Positions 22,474-32,116 are shown, numbered from the stretch's first letter. The stretch is DNA of 55,739 nucleotides from an uncultured delta proteobacterium (GCA_963776085.1 CAVZMS010000055.1:1-55739), one strand, 5' to 3'. The notes: generated from the letters alone by a model not told the origin. Translations and numbers: made by a program.

Positions 22474-23382
22474 ATGTCTATAAAGGAACGTATAAAGGCG
22501 TTGGTGAAAGAGGCGGAGCTTTATCGATCCCAGAGCCTGCTGAATCAATCCAAGGAGAAATATCTGGAACTTCTCAAATTGGCGGAAAACGATGAATCGA
22601 CTTCTAAAAATACAAAATTAATTAATGATATTAAAGGCAGAATCCAGGCAGTGGAAGATGAGATAGCGGAGATTGACAAGGCGGATAAGGAAGTTCCCGA
22701 GCTTTCCGAAGATGTCCAAAATCTTATCAGCAGCCTGTTTTCATTTTCAAAAAACCAGGCCACGGCGGCAATCGAGGGTGCTGTGGCCCTGGCTAAATTC
22801 GGACAATATGACAAGGCGGTTAAGGAACTTGAAAGACTTATGAAGGAGGGCCCCATCCCGCTGCAGGCGGCAATAAATCTTCTCAGGTGCCACCTGTCTC
22901 TCGCTTCACCTGATGTAGCCATCAATCAATATAAGCGATGGGTATCCCGGGAGGAATTAGGGAAAGGAGATCTGAAATACCTTTACAAGTTTCTTGAAGA
23001 TCATTTCAAGAAAAAAGGTATTAACGTCCAGCTGCCACGGATAGAGGAGGAATCCTCTGGAAAAAAGGATGTTGAGGAAAAGTCCGACGACCTTATAGAC
23101 CTGTCTTCGATCGGGATCCAATTCGCGGACGGCCCGTTTAAAGGTAAGGTGATGGAATTTGATGTGTCGCTGCAATCGGGAAATACTATCAGTATCATTA
23201 TACCATCTAATAAGAAGGATTTGGCCGAGGCCTTTAAAAAAGGCCTCAGATTACCGAATATACAATGTACTTCGCCTATTGCCATCTTCAATGGCAGCGG
23301 TGTAGTTTCCGGGAAGTCAAATATCACGACGGGCCCAAAGCGCGGGAGTTACAGTGTTGATATCACAATAGACGGCCAGTAG
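22474..23382 (+). CDS. Hypothetical protein with helical/TPR-like N-terminus and beta-rich C-terminus
   Basis: 302-aa ORF with GAGG RBS; EAELYRSQSLLNQSKEKY and AVALAKFGQYDKAVKELE resemble TPR helices. Confidence 0.7.
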   Translation: MSIKERIKALVKEAELYRSQSLLNQSKEKYLELLKLAENDESTSKNTKLINDIKGRIQAVEDEIAEIDKADKEVPELSEDVQNLISSLFSFSKNQATAAIEGAVALAKFGQYDKAVKELERLMKEGPIPLQAAINLLRCHLSLASPDVAINQYKRWVSREELGKGDLKYLYKFLEDHFKKKGINVQLPRIEEESSGKKDVEEKSDDLIDLSSIGIQFADGPFKGKVMEFDVSLQSGNTISIIIPSNKKDLAEAFKKGLRLPNIQCTSPIAIFNGSGVVSGKSNITTGPKRGSYSVDITIDGQ

Positions 23383-23492
23383 TCGTTGTGTAAAAAGTTC
23401 ATTCGCTCTGACACCTGGATTATTCCAATATGTTAAGCAGGCGGATATTTGAAGGCAATACATGGTGTCAAAGCTATGGGAAGGTAGAGTTT

Positions 23493-24107
23493 ATGGCTGT
23501 TTTCAATGCAAAAGATAGAGTCATCGAATGCAAGATTGTCTATTACGGCCCGGGCCGTTGCGGAAAGACTACTAATCTGGAGCATATTTTTAAGGCGGGG
23601 AAAAAATATACCAAAAGTGACATGGTTTCGATAAACACCAAGGGTGATCGAACGCTGTTCTTTGATTTTCTTCCCATAGGCCTGGGAAAGATAAGAGGTT
23701 GTGAGGTCAAGCTACAGCTTTACACCGTACCGGGACAGCAAAAATACAGTTCCACAAGAAAACTTGTCCTTAAAAATGTGGACGGTCTGGTCTTTGTTGC
23801 CGATTCCCTTGAAGTTCGCAGGGAGGCAAATATCCTGTCCTTGAAGGATCTTCAGCAAAACCTGGCGGAACAGAATATGGATATATTCCAGATCCCGCTT
23901 ATCATGCAATATAACAAGCGGGACCTGGGCGATGATGGTATCCCGATTTTATCTATTGAGTCTATGGAAAAGGATCTTAACAGCAAGCTCAAGGCCCCTT
24001 ATTTTGAGGCGAGCGCATTTAAGGGTAAAGGCGTTGGGGAAACCCTTAAAAAATCCATCCAAGTCACGTTAACTTATCTTAATAAAAAGTTAAAATGGTC
24101 TCAGTAG
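23493..24107 (+). CDS. mglA: MglA-family small Ras-like GTPase
   Basis: CKIVYYGPGRCGKTTNL, DRTLFFDFLP, LYTVPGQ, VDGLVFVADS, QYNKRDL. Confidence 0.92.
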   Translation: MAVFNAKDRVIECKIVYYGPGRCGKTTNLEHIFKAGKKYTKSDMVSINTKGDRTLFFDFLPIGLGKIRGCEVKLQLYTVPGQQKYSSTRKLVLKNVDGLVFVADSLEVRREANILSLKDLQQNLAEQNMDIFQIPLIMQYNKRDLGDDGIPILSIESMEKDLNSKLKAPYFEASAFKGKGVGETLKKSIQVTLTYLNKKLKWSQ

Positions 24108-24116
24108 GGGTGTGTT

Positions 24117-25292
24117 ATGGCCGATAATACAGCACTTTCAGGAAAATTAAGTTTCATAAGCCTGGCCGATCTCTTTCAGATACTCGGTGGAAACAGCAGT
24201 ACCGGCGTGTTAAAAATTACAAGTAAATATACACCGAATCCCGGCCAAATATATTTTGTTAATGGGAATCCCATAAATGCGGTCTGCGATCGCCTGAAAG
24301 GGATAGATGCGATCTATCCCCTTTTTGGATGGGTGGATGGGATATTCGAGTTTTATGAACAGGAGGTCCAGAAAAGCCAGGTTATCAATGAGGGCAGGAT
24401 GGAGATTGTCCTGGACGCCCTCAGGATGCTCGATGATGGAGTTATTAAAAAGCTGGGCCCGCCATCTGAAATGTTAGGCGGTGAAACCGGTAAAAAGGAC
24501 GCCTTGCCGATTATTAAGGGTCCTATCGCGGATTACTCTTATATCATCGGGGAAGAGGAATTTGAAGAAGGTAAATTAATCGTCAAAGAGGGCAAGTTTG
24601 GCAAGTGGCTTTGGGTCATACTGGAAGGTACTGCAGATGTAAAGAGGGAAATGGCCGATGATTCTATAACCATTTTACGACTGGGTGAGGGGAGTTTTGT
24701 AGGTACATTCACGGCGTTGTTATTTGGAAAATACGCCAGAAAGGCCACTGTTGTCGCCAGTGGCAAGGTTACCCTAGGTCTATTAGATACCGAGCGAATA
24801 TCCAGAGAGTTCAATACCCTGTCTCCCGATTTCAGGACTCTTCTTCTTAGCTTAGATAGCAGGTTAAGAAAGATTACGGACAGGATTGTAGCCCTGCACA
24901 CGAAAAAGACAGATGATATTCCTATTCCAAAAGGGGCAAATGTAATTATGGAAAAAGATTCTTCCAAACAGGAAGGGTCGATCATAACTGAAGGCAAGGC
25001 GTATATAATCGGCAAAGACCAGAAGGGCGATTTTCCTTTATTCATTCTGGATAAAGAAGAAGTGTTTGGAAATTTTCCATTTTTGGATATTGGCCATGAA
25101 CCTCGATCTGCTGCGGTTATGGCATCAAAAGATATAAAGGTAAAAAAGCTTGATATAGGGAACCTCCAGAAAGAATATGATAATATGTCAGGCCTGTTCA
25201 GGAGTTTTATTTATAATATATGCGGCTGTGTCTCCCTTACAACAAGGGTAGCATACCATTTGCACTCTAGGGAAGGTGACATAAAAAAATAG
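24117..25292 (+). CDS. DUF4388 (PATAN-like) domain plus two cyclic-nucleotide-binding-like domains
   Basis: LSGKLSFISLADLFQIL..STGVLKI..GQIYFVNG..LFGWVDGIFEF..LDALRMLDD; then IVKEG..LWVILEG..GEGSFVG..RKATVVA and VFGN..PRSAAVMA. Confidence 0.85.
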   Translation: MADNTALSGKLSFISLADLFQILGGNSSTGVLKITSKYTPNPGQIYFVNGNPINAVCDRLKGIDAIYPLFGWVDGIFEFYEQEVQKSQVINEGRMEIVLDALRMLDDGVIKKLGPPSEMLGGETGKKDALPIIKGPIADYSYIIGEEEFEEGKLIVKEGKFGKWLWVILEGTADVKREMADDSITILRLGEGSFVGTFTALLFGKYARKATVVASGKVTLGLLDTERISREFNTLSPDFRTLLLSLDSRLRKITDRIVALHTKKTDDIPIPKGANVIMEKDSSKQEGSIITEGKAYIIGKDQKGDFPLFILDKEEVFGNFPFLDIGHEPRSAAVMASKDIKVKKLDIGNLQKEYDNMSGLFRSFIYNICGCVSLTTRVAYHLHSREGDIKK

Positions 25293-25350
25293 CGAAGATA
25301 TTGAAAAGATAGTTTTATTGTTCATCTAGAATCGACTAATAAGAGGTTTG

Positions 25351-25388
25351 AAAGGCATCCTGACTTTGAAAGATAGGATGCCTTTTTT
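25351..25388 (+). terminator. Intrinsic terminator of the mglA cluster
   Basis: Stem AAAGGCATCCT / AGGATGCCTTT followed by a T run. Confidence 0.7.
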
Positions 25389-25632
25389 ATCAACAAATCA
25401 GCACTTCAATAAACAGTGGTTGATATTTTATCAAAATCTGGCGGATAGCAAAGAAAATGTGTATACTGTCGTAACAAGGTGTAAGCGCAAGGCGTAAGGC
25501 GTAGGGGATAGGGGGATTGAATTTTGAATACCCGCCTGCCAAAGCTCCATTTTGCTGATGCTGCCTATTTGTAATTGCAGTATAATGTGCAACGTATAGA
25601 GCCTTTATCGCCAAGAGGCATGAGCGGGCAGG

Positions 25633-25704
25633 TCCAATGTTGAATGTTGAATTTTGAAGGGGAGAATAGACTTCAATATCCAGCATTCTGGCTCCTGACT
25701 TCTG
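25633..25704. repeat. Heptamer-built repeat element, left of the addB-like gene
   Basis: Core 25648-25676 matches the reverse complement of 29615-29643 at 28/29 positions. Confidence 0.8.
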
Positions 25705-25744
25705 GCGGAGGGCGGAAGGATCTGCTGAAGAAAGGTTGAAATAG

Positions 25745-28700
25745 ATGACCTGCATTAACTATATTGTGGGACGGGCCGTTGATTCGAGACAGCGTTTGCT
25801 GGCAGACAAAATATCTTCTTGGGAATCTGGTTCCATCCTTCATCTTGTACCCACCAAAGGCCGGGTCATGGAGATTGAGGCTGATTCACAGTTCTGGCTT
25901 AAGAAGAGGGTTGACACCTTAGCGGGGATTATCCAACGGATATTCGAAAAGGATATAAAACATAAACAATTCAAAGGCTACAGACGTATCGACGACAATC
26001 TCAGATCTCTGCTTATAAAAAGTGCGTTGGAAAAGAGGATAACCCAATCCGACGGTCTTATCTATTTCAACCGTCTTTTCGATCATAATAAAGGGATCGA
26101 TTTCCACGGCATATACGGCGCAATAGCCGGATTTTTCTCCCAACTCGTGGAAAATAATTACCAGGATATCTTTGCCCATGATCTAGCCGGCAGGATGATA
26201 ACACTGGAAGAGAGAAGTCCGGGAGCGGGTGAAGAGAGATATGCATTGGAGGGAGATCTCGTATGGCTGTTCGGGGATTATGAGGAGATAAAGAGGGAGA
26301 TCAACGGGTATGATGGGGATGATATTATAACCAGTGTGAAGGCCTTTTTAGAAGATGGCGGCTATCCATCTGTTTTGGCAGGAAGTGATGTAATCCTGTT
26401 TGACGGATTTGTACACATATCAAGGATTGAGGAAGATATCCTTTTTCATCTGTTCAGGCTGATGAGAGGGGTGTGGTGGCTTATCGATTATGACACCCGG
26501 CTGGAAGATCCCATCACCGAGTTTAAGAGATCGAGCGGGAGAGAGGAAGCAGGACCATGGAAGGATAAGTGGCCCGGAAGGGATCCCGGCATAGACGGCA
26601 AAGAGGCCTGCAGAATCTTTACCCCTTTTGTGTCCCTCATGAACAGGCTGGAGGGCGCGGGGACAGAATGCCGGGTAGAAAAGGCCAATGATAAGGCCTT
26701 TCTCAATCCTATAGCAGGCGGTCTCTACTGGAACGGGCAAATGGAGGAGACGGGATTTGACACTCTTAAGATAAGGTCTTTTGGTGGGGAGGTGGATGAG
26801 ATTCGGGCCATTGCCGCTGAGATTAAACGGATTATTCATGAGGATAATCTGGAGGTGTCCCGTGATCTTGGACAGATAAGGGTAATCTTCCCGGACCTGA
26901 ATGACTATTCCTCTCTCATCTTTGAGATATTCAACGAGTATGGCCTCCCATTCAGCCTTACAAAGGGGCTTCCCCTCTCTTCGCACCCAATATCCGATAT
27001 ATTTATCCATATCTTCAAGATATCCATGAACCATTTTGAGAGGGAAGATATCTTTAATCTATTCTCATCGGATCTGATTCAGACAGGTTTAAATCAGGGC
27101 TTAATGGTTCATGACGAATCTCTTCAGGGGTTGGAGGAATATCTCCTCCCAGGGGACGGCTTTTCAGAGGTGGAAAGACTGCTTGGTAATGATCACAGGG
27201 AGGCCTTTTCAGCGGGATTTGATATATTTCTCTTTGATAGGATAGCAAGGAGATGCGGGGTCAATAATCTGGGATATGATCTTTCAGGTCTTAGGGAAAA
27301 GGGCCTTCTACTTGTGATGGATTTTTTTTACCATGAACTCCTGGGGCTTAATAATGCCGAGGAAAAGGATCATTTACGCCTGGAATATTATGCTTTTATT
27401 GTCCAGGCCCATCTGCTTTATAAGAAGCTGAAACCATTTCAGGACCTTGCAGATCAAGATAGCCCCCAGGGGATAATAAAACGATTTTCAGGCATTCTTA
27501 ATGAATTAGGGCTTCCGGAAAATATTGTTGACGTGCCGCACCGCGGGATTGGCTTCGGACCACGCGTAGTAAGGGCTATTATAAAGAGAGATCTTAAGGC
27601 GTATTTGATATTAAATGAATTGATCTCCTCCAGCGCAAAAGAACTGGTGATCGCTGACGAACTCTTTCGGATCAGAGCGGGACATGATCTCCTTTCCAGT
27701 TTCTACTCTGTTTTCAGGTATAGACTTGACAGGGCCTATCTCCTTGATGAACGCAACCCAAACGTCATACGTATTTCCCAGTGGCTGGAGACCAGGGGCA
27801 GGTCATTTGATTATATCTTTGCCGGAGGTCTGACAGCGGACAGGTTCCCGCTTAGAGAAGAGATTAATTTTATCCTTCCGGAGTCTCCCAAAATCTTCCG
27901 GATCCAGGATAGTGTTGACCTGTCCAGGCATCTGTTTAGCCATGTTCTAAGGAACTATCGAAAACGTCTTTATCTATCATATCCTCGATACAGAGAAGAG
28001 AAAGCGGTTCAGCCTTCCCAGGTCTTCATGGACATGGAATCAATGGTAAATGCCGGGAGATCTTCAGCGACTGAATCTGGAATGCTTGAAACGCTTTTTA
28101 AATGGGCGGACAATCCCTACTTTACGTCCAGGTATGAGATGTTAAATGCCAATGTTAAAAAAGAGGCCTTTGCTGGCAGGGCGGAGCCGAGTCTTTTCCC
28201 ATTAAAAGACATTATATTAATGGATGAGGCATCTCTTGAAGGTCTTATAAGGGGGGTCAAGGCGCTTGGTTCCAGATGTGCCTTGGACGGTCTTTTTGAA
28301 TATGACGGGCTCGTGGGCGGGGCGGCCCTATTTAACGAATTTCTTAAGGAGAAGAGGGATACATTCTCCGCTTCCCAACTGGAGACCCTGGCAAACTGTC
28401 CTATGCGGTATCTATTTGAGTATATCTATGGTCTGGGGAGTTTGAGAGAGGTTGGCCCAGAGGCCTCTCCCATGGATATGGGACAGTATATCCATAAGAT
28501 ATTGAGTCTTTTTTTTAAGGGGTTATGCGAGCAGGGGAAGAATGTCTCTGACATGGGCCTTGGCCGGTCATTCACTAAAGCAATGGAAACCGCTAGTGAT
28601 TATGCCATGCACAACCATTTTCTGAAAAGGTTCGAATTCTTTGAGGCACAGGAGAAGGAGTTCTTGGCCGGACTGGAACAGGGCATAGATGATTTAAAAG

Positions 28701-29557
28701 GGGGGGCAAAGGTGAGGGAGGGTGTTCTCGCGAGACTTCTCCGTTTTGAGGAAACCGCCTTTCGAGACAAGGTTCCTGAAGGCATTGAATACGAATTCGG
28801 CTATAAAAGGGATCTTGTGCCTCTGGGAAAGACCAGGTTAAGGGGATATATAGACCGTTTTGACATGGATAAGAGAGACATGGAGAGGGTCTATATATAT
28901 GATTACAAGAGCGGAGTCGTTCCCTCATCTAACATGATCAAAAAGGGTCTGTCCTTTCAGTTGCCGGTCTATGTAAGGGCCTTAAGGTCAGTGCTTGGAG
29001 TCAAAAAGATATCAGCCGCTTTTTATTCATTGAGAAGGGAGGTTTTTTTAAAGGGGGAGCCAATCAAACAGTCTATTAACGACCATGTTGATGAAGGAAA
29101 GGGTCTCGATATAAGTGGAGTCAAGCTGATTGACGACTATGCTGACCGATTGATGGATAATCTGGAGAAGGGGTTTTTTCACCACTCCGCGGACGGGCTT
29201 GAATGCGATTATTGTGAATTCATGTATGCGTGCCATAAGGACGCCAGGAGGATGGATCAGCTCCTGGAATCAGGAATAGACCGTCAGATATATTCAGGAT
29301 CCAAGAATCTTGAAAAATGGGAGAGGGTGGATCAGTTCGTAAAAGAATGGAAGGATGTTAAAGAGGGCATGCAAAAGGCCTTTACATTAAAGACAGAGAG
29401 AGGCAGGAAAGGCCGTTTTGAATCGGTTATGAGATTTGGCAAAGAGATGGTGAGAAATCGCAATTCGCTGCCATTTCATAATGAATATATAGATGAATTA
29501 CTCGGTGAGATAAAGGAGTTTGAAAAGAGGTATCTATCGGTCATTACTGACAATTAA
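25745..29557 (+). CDS. AddB/RexB-like protein: probable inactive helicase scaffold plus C-terminal PD-(D/E)xK nuclease with four-Cys Fe-S motif
   Basis: FSASQLETLANCPMRY, GQYIHKIL, GYIDRFD..IYDYKSG, FQLPVY, CDYCEFMYAC; ILFDGF, EIRAIAAEI and LYLSYP match AddB scaffold patterns. Confidence 0.82.
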   Translation: MTCINYIVGRAVDSRQRLLADKISSWESGSILHLVPTKGRVMEIEADSQFWLKKRVDTLAGIIQRIFEKDIKHKQFKGYRRIDDNLRSLLIKSALEKRITQSDGLIYFNRLFDHNKGIDFHGIYGAIAGFFSQLVENNYQDIFAHDLAGRMITLEERSPGAGEERYALEGDLVWLFGDYEEIKREINGYDGDDIITSVKAFLEDGGYPSVLAGSDVILFDGFVHISRIEEDILFHLFRLMRGVWWLIDYDTRLEDPITEFKRSSGREEAGPWKDKWPGRDPGIDGKEACRIFTPFVSLMNRLEGAGTECRVEKANDKAFLNPIAGGLYWNGQMEETGFDTLKIRSFGGEVDEIRAIAAEIKRIIHEDNLEVSRDLGQIRVIFPDLNDYSSLIFEIFNEYGLPFSLTKGLPLSSHPISDIFIHIFKISMNHFEREDIFNLFSSDLIQTGLNQGLMVHDESLQGLEEYLLPGDGFSEVERLLGNDHREAFSAGFDIFLFDRIARRCGVNNLGYDLSGLREKGLLLVMDFFYHELLGLNNAEEKDHLRLEYYAFIVQAHLLYKKLKPFQDLADQDSPQGIIKRFSGILNELGLPENIVDVPHRGIGFGPRVVRAIIKRDLKAYLILNELISSSAKELVIADELFRIRAGHDLLSSFYSVFRYRLDRAYLLDERNPNVIRISQWLETRGRSFDYIFAGGLTADRFPLREEINFILPESPKIFRIQDSVDLSRHLFSHVLRNYRKRLYLSYPRYREEKAVQPSQVFMDMESMVNAGRSSATESGMLETLFKWADNPYFTSRYEMLNANVKKEAFAGRAEPSLFPLKDIILMDEASLEGLIRGVKALGSRCALDGLFEYDGLVGGAALFNEFLKEKRDTFSASQLETLANCPMRYLFEYIYGLGSLREVGPEASPMDMGQYIHKILSLFFKGLCEQGKNVSDMGLGRSFTKAMETASDYAMHNHFLKRFEFFEAQEKEFLAGLEQGIDDLKGGAKVREGVLARLLRFEETAFRDKVPEGIEYEFGYKRDLVPLGKTRLRGYIDRFDMDKRDMERVYIYDYKSGVVPSSNMIKKGLSFQLPVYVRALRSVLGVKKISAAFYSLRREVFLKGEPIKQSINDHVDEGKGLDISGVKLIDDYADRLMDNLEKGFFHHSADGLECDYCEFMYACHKDARRMDQLLESGIDRQIYSGSKNLEKWERVDQFVKEWKDVKEGMQKAFTLKTERGRKGRFESVMRFGKEMVRNRNSLPFHNEYIDELLGEIKEFEKRYLSVITDN

Positions 29558-29593
29558 ACAGGCATTAGTCAGACAGGATTAGGATTCAGGAGA

Positions 29594-29673
29594 CAGAAGT
29601 CAGAATTCAGAATGTTGAAGTCTATTCTTCCCTTCAAAATTCATAATTCAATATTGGATATTCAATATTCAAA
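29594..29673. repeat. Heptamer-built repeat element, right of the addB-like gene
   Basis: Inverted partner of 25633-25704; 29645-29673 also matches the reverse complement of 5717-5745 at 28/29. Confidence 0.8.
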
Positions 29674-29720
29674 TCCTCTTCGCTTACCTTCTAATCCCCA
29701 AGCTTTGTCCCGCCTCTGCA

Positions 29721-30816
29721 TCACTCAAGATACAAAATCTGCCCAGGCCTTATTATTGATCCCTCTATATTATTTATCTCTTTAAGCTATTTACAGAGAT
29801 CCCCGTCATTCTGGAAATTGTACTAAGGGTATCGCCTTCCTGAACAACATAGCTCTTGGATGATGAACTATATCGGTAAAGATGAGGACTTGGCGGATAA
29901 GGCTTTTAAGACCTCCTGAACCTTTGCGCCGGTACCAAGCGGCGTATTAAGGTTATAGCTGCCGTTCGGCAAATAGTCATCGATAATTTTAGGATTAAGA
30001 TCCCTGATCACCTTAAAGGATGTCCCGAGACCCTTTGCGAAATCCGTTAAATGGATAGGTTTTTTTATATTAACACTGGTCGTATCACATTGGACAGGTT
30101 TATATATCTTTTCTTCAGGCACGCTGTATCCGTAAGGTCTCGGGGTTTTCCATGATTATCTTAATTGCCGCTATGCGGTAGATGTAACGCTCGGTTTCCT
30201 CAGGGAGTTTAAGGCTGTAATAATCACTCTGCTGTTGTTCCCTGATCTCTTTTTCAATGCGGTTTTCCCCGCAGTTATAGGCGGCCATAGCGAGTGTCCA
30301 TGTGCCGAACATCTCTTTAAGTTTCTTCAGATAATTCAGGGCCGCTTCGGTGGACTGCTCGAAATCGCGTCGTTCATCTATCCTTTTATCCGACCTGAGG
30401 CCATTTCGCTTGGCTGTATCGATCAAGAATTGCCAAAATCCTACTGCGCCCTTGTTTGATTTGATATTGGATATGAGAGAGCTTTCAGCGATAGACAGAT
30501 ATTTAATGTCCTGAGGCATTTTTTCCTGGGCCAGTTTCTGTTCAAGATAAGGGAAATAACGGCCTGCCCTTTTTAACCACATCAATACCTGTGCCTCGTC
30601 ACAGACCGCGATAGTGAATTCGCGGTCGAGCATTTCCCATACCCATTGATTGCTGAGAGGCATTGGTTCGTCGCATATGCTTAATGTCTTTGGCAGAAGA
30701 AAGTCTGTCGCAACATGCCGGGATTGGGTCTTTTCCTGGGAAAGCGAGATGGAAGGGCATGGCAAAACTGCAATAATCAGGGTGAGAAAAAGGGGTATTT
30801 TTATGTATCTCGGCAT
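29721..30816 (-). CDS. MltD-like lytic transglycosylase (SLT domain plus LysM), split by indels
   Basis: Signal-peptide-like N-terminus; IAESSL (catalytic Glu), GAVGFWQF, AAYNCGE, PEETERY. Downstream frames read YVVQEGDTLSTIS..IRPGQILYLE* (LysM), ending at 29721. Confidence 0.85.
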
Positions 30817-31082
30817 GATTGTTTTCCTTGAAAGGTTGATATTCATATACTGTCTAAAGATCAGGGAATTCCGCCCATTGAAAAATTGATAGTATAACGC
30901 CAATAGATTTTCATTATCATATAGAAGAAAAAACAGGCGATCAAGAACAATTCAAATCCATGACATCGATATGCATGAACTTTATTGTCAAAATACTAAC
31001 CGGCCGACGCTGGAAAATGTTGAAAGTAAAATTATGTCGTAATATTATCGCTGATAATATCGAAAAAGAGATAGAGATTCCG

Positions 31083-31868
31083 ATGATATTTTATAACAGG
31101 CCCCATAAATTTTACGGGTTGCTGGGCCCGTTATTGATCATATCTCTTCTTTTCACCTATGGGTGCAGCGGGACCATTCCCGTGAAAGTAAAACCCGTAT
31201 TATCAGAAGGGAAGGATATGCTTCCGCAGATGGGTTACACCATCCAGGCAGGGGCATTTTCCAATGTCGACAATGCGGCGCGGCTTACAAAGAGGCTTCA
31301 GGAAAAAGGGCTGGACGCATACTATTTTATCCATGATTCAGGATTTTTCAAAGTCAGATTCGGAAACTATGATTCATTTGATGAGGCCAACAAGGCGGCC
31401 GAACAGATTCGCTCAAGCGGGACCATAGAGGAATATTACATAGTAAAGCCTGAAGATTACCCGGGATTAAAGGATAAAAAGGCCGATAAAGATACATTAA
31501 GAAAAGGCATTGTCCTTTCAGCGAAAAAATTTATTGGTGTCCCATATCTATGGGGAGGCGAATCTGAAAAAACAGGATTTGACTGCAGCGGACTGACAAT
31601 GGCGGTTTATCAGTTGAATGGATTTGAGCTCCCCAGGACATCCGGAAAACAATGGGTCAAAGGCAATCCGGTCAGGCTGAATCAACTATCTGAGGGCGAT
31701 CTCGTCTTCTTCTCCACCAAAAAAAAAGGTGTGATATCACATGTAGGGATTTACGTAGGGATGGGTCAATTCATCCACGCGCCTGGAGAGGGGAAGGAGA
31801 TACGGATGGAATCCCTTTCAACAAACTATTATAAAAGCCGGTTCATAGGGGCGAGGACATACCTGTAA
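31083..31868 (+). CDS. SPOR plus NlpC/P60 peptidoglycan endopeptidase, probable lipoprotein
   Basis: Lipobox-like LLFTYGC; SPOR YTIQAGAFS..NA..FKVRFG; NlpC/P60 PYLWGG..FDCSG..LPRTS..GDLVFF..HVGIY..FIHA. Confidence 0.92.
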   Translation: MIFYNRPHKFYGLLGPLLIISLLFTYGCSGTIPVKVKPVLSEGKDMLPQMGYTIQAGAFSNVDNAARLTKRLQEKGLDAYYFIHDSGFFKVRFGNYDSFDEANKAAEQIRSSGTIEEYYIVKPEDYPGLKDKKADKDTLRKGIVLSAKKFIGVPYLWGGESEKTGFDCSGLTMAVYQLNGFELPRTSGKQWVKGNPVRLNQLSEGDLVFFSTKKKGVISHVGIYVGMGQFIHAPGEGKEIRMESLSTNYYKSRFIGARTYL

Positions 31869-31879
31869 GGGACTTCTAA

Positions 31880-31950
31880 AAATAAAAAAACCCCACTCAA
31901 TATGCAGGGTAACTACATAGGCGGGGTTGACCATCTTATGGTAAATGGCT
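31880..31950 (-). ncRNA. Candidate small RNA 2 (about 70 nt)
   Basis: Minus-strand TTGCAT-N16-TAAAAT upstream; ends in an AACCCCGC..GTGGGGTT hairpin with a T run. No ORF. Prediction only. Confidence 0.3.
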
Positions 31951-31984
31951 TCAGGCATTTTAAGAATAATTTTTCAAAATGCAA

Positions 31985-32081
31985 GAAAAAAAATGCTCCC
32001 TAGTAGAGATTTTTAATTAATACACAGGCGAGACTAGGGAGCACATTAAAAGGGTTAATATTGATAAACCACCTGACTTCT
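31985..32081 (-). ncRNA. Candidate small RNA 1 (about 100 nt)
   Basis: Preceded by TTGACA-N17-TATAAG; ends in a TGCTCCCTAGT/ACTAGGGAGCA 11-bp stem plus T8. Prediction only. Confidence 0.4.
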
Positions 32082-32087
32082 TATTAA

Positions 32088-32116
32088 CTTATAGCATAAT
32101 AATATATATATGTCAA
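32088..32116 (-). promoter_or_regulatory. Sigma70-type promoter
   Basis: Minus strand TTGACA (32116-32111), 17-nt spacer, TATAAG (32093-32088). Confidence 0.55.

Noticed and set aside
25390..25755. 121-aa minus-strand ORF upstream of the addB-like gene
   Set aside because: Translates heptamer repeats (ALRLALTP, STFNI); likely spurious.
25745..29557. Cas4 or anti-phage nuclease call
   Set aside because: The four-Cys PD-(D/E)xK domain sits on a roughly 870-residue AddB-type scaffold with no cas or defence neighbours.
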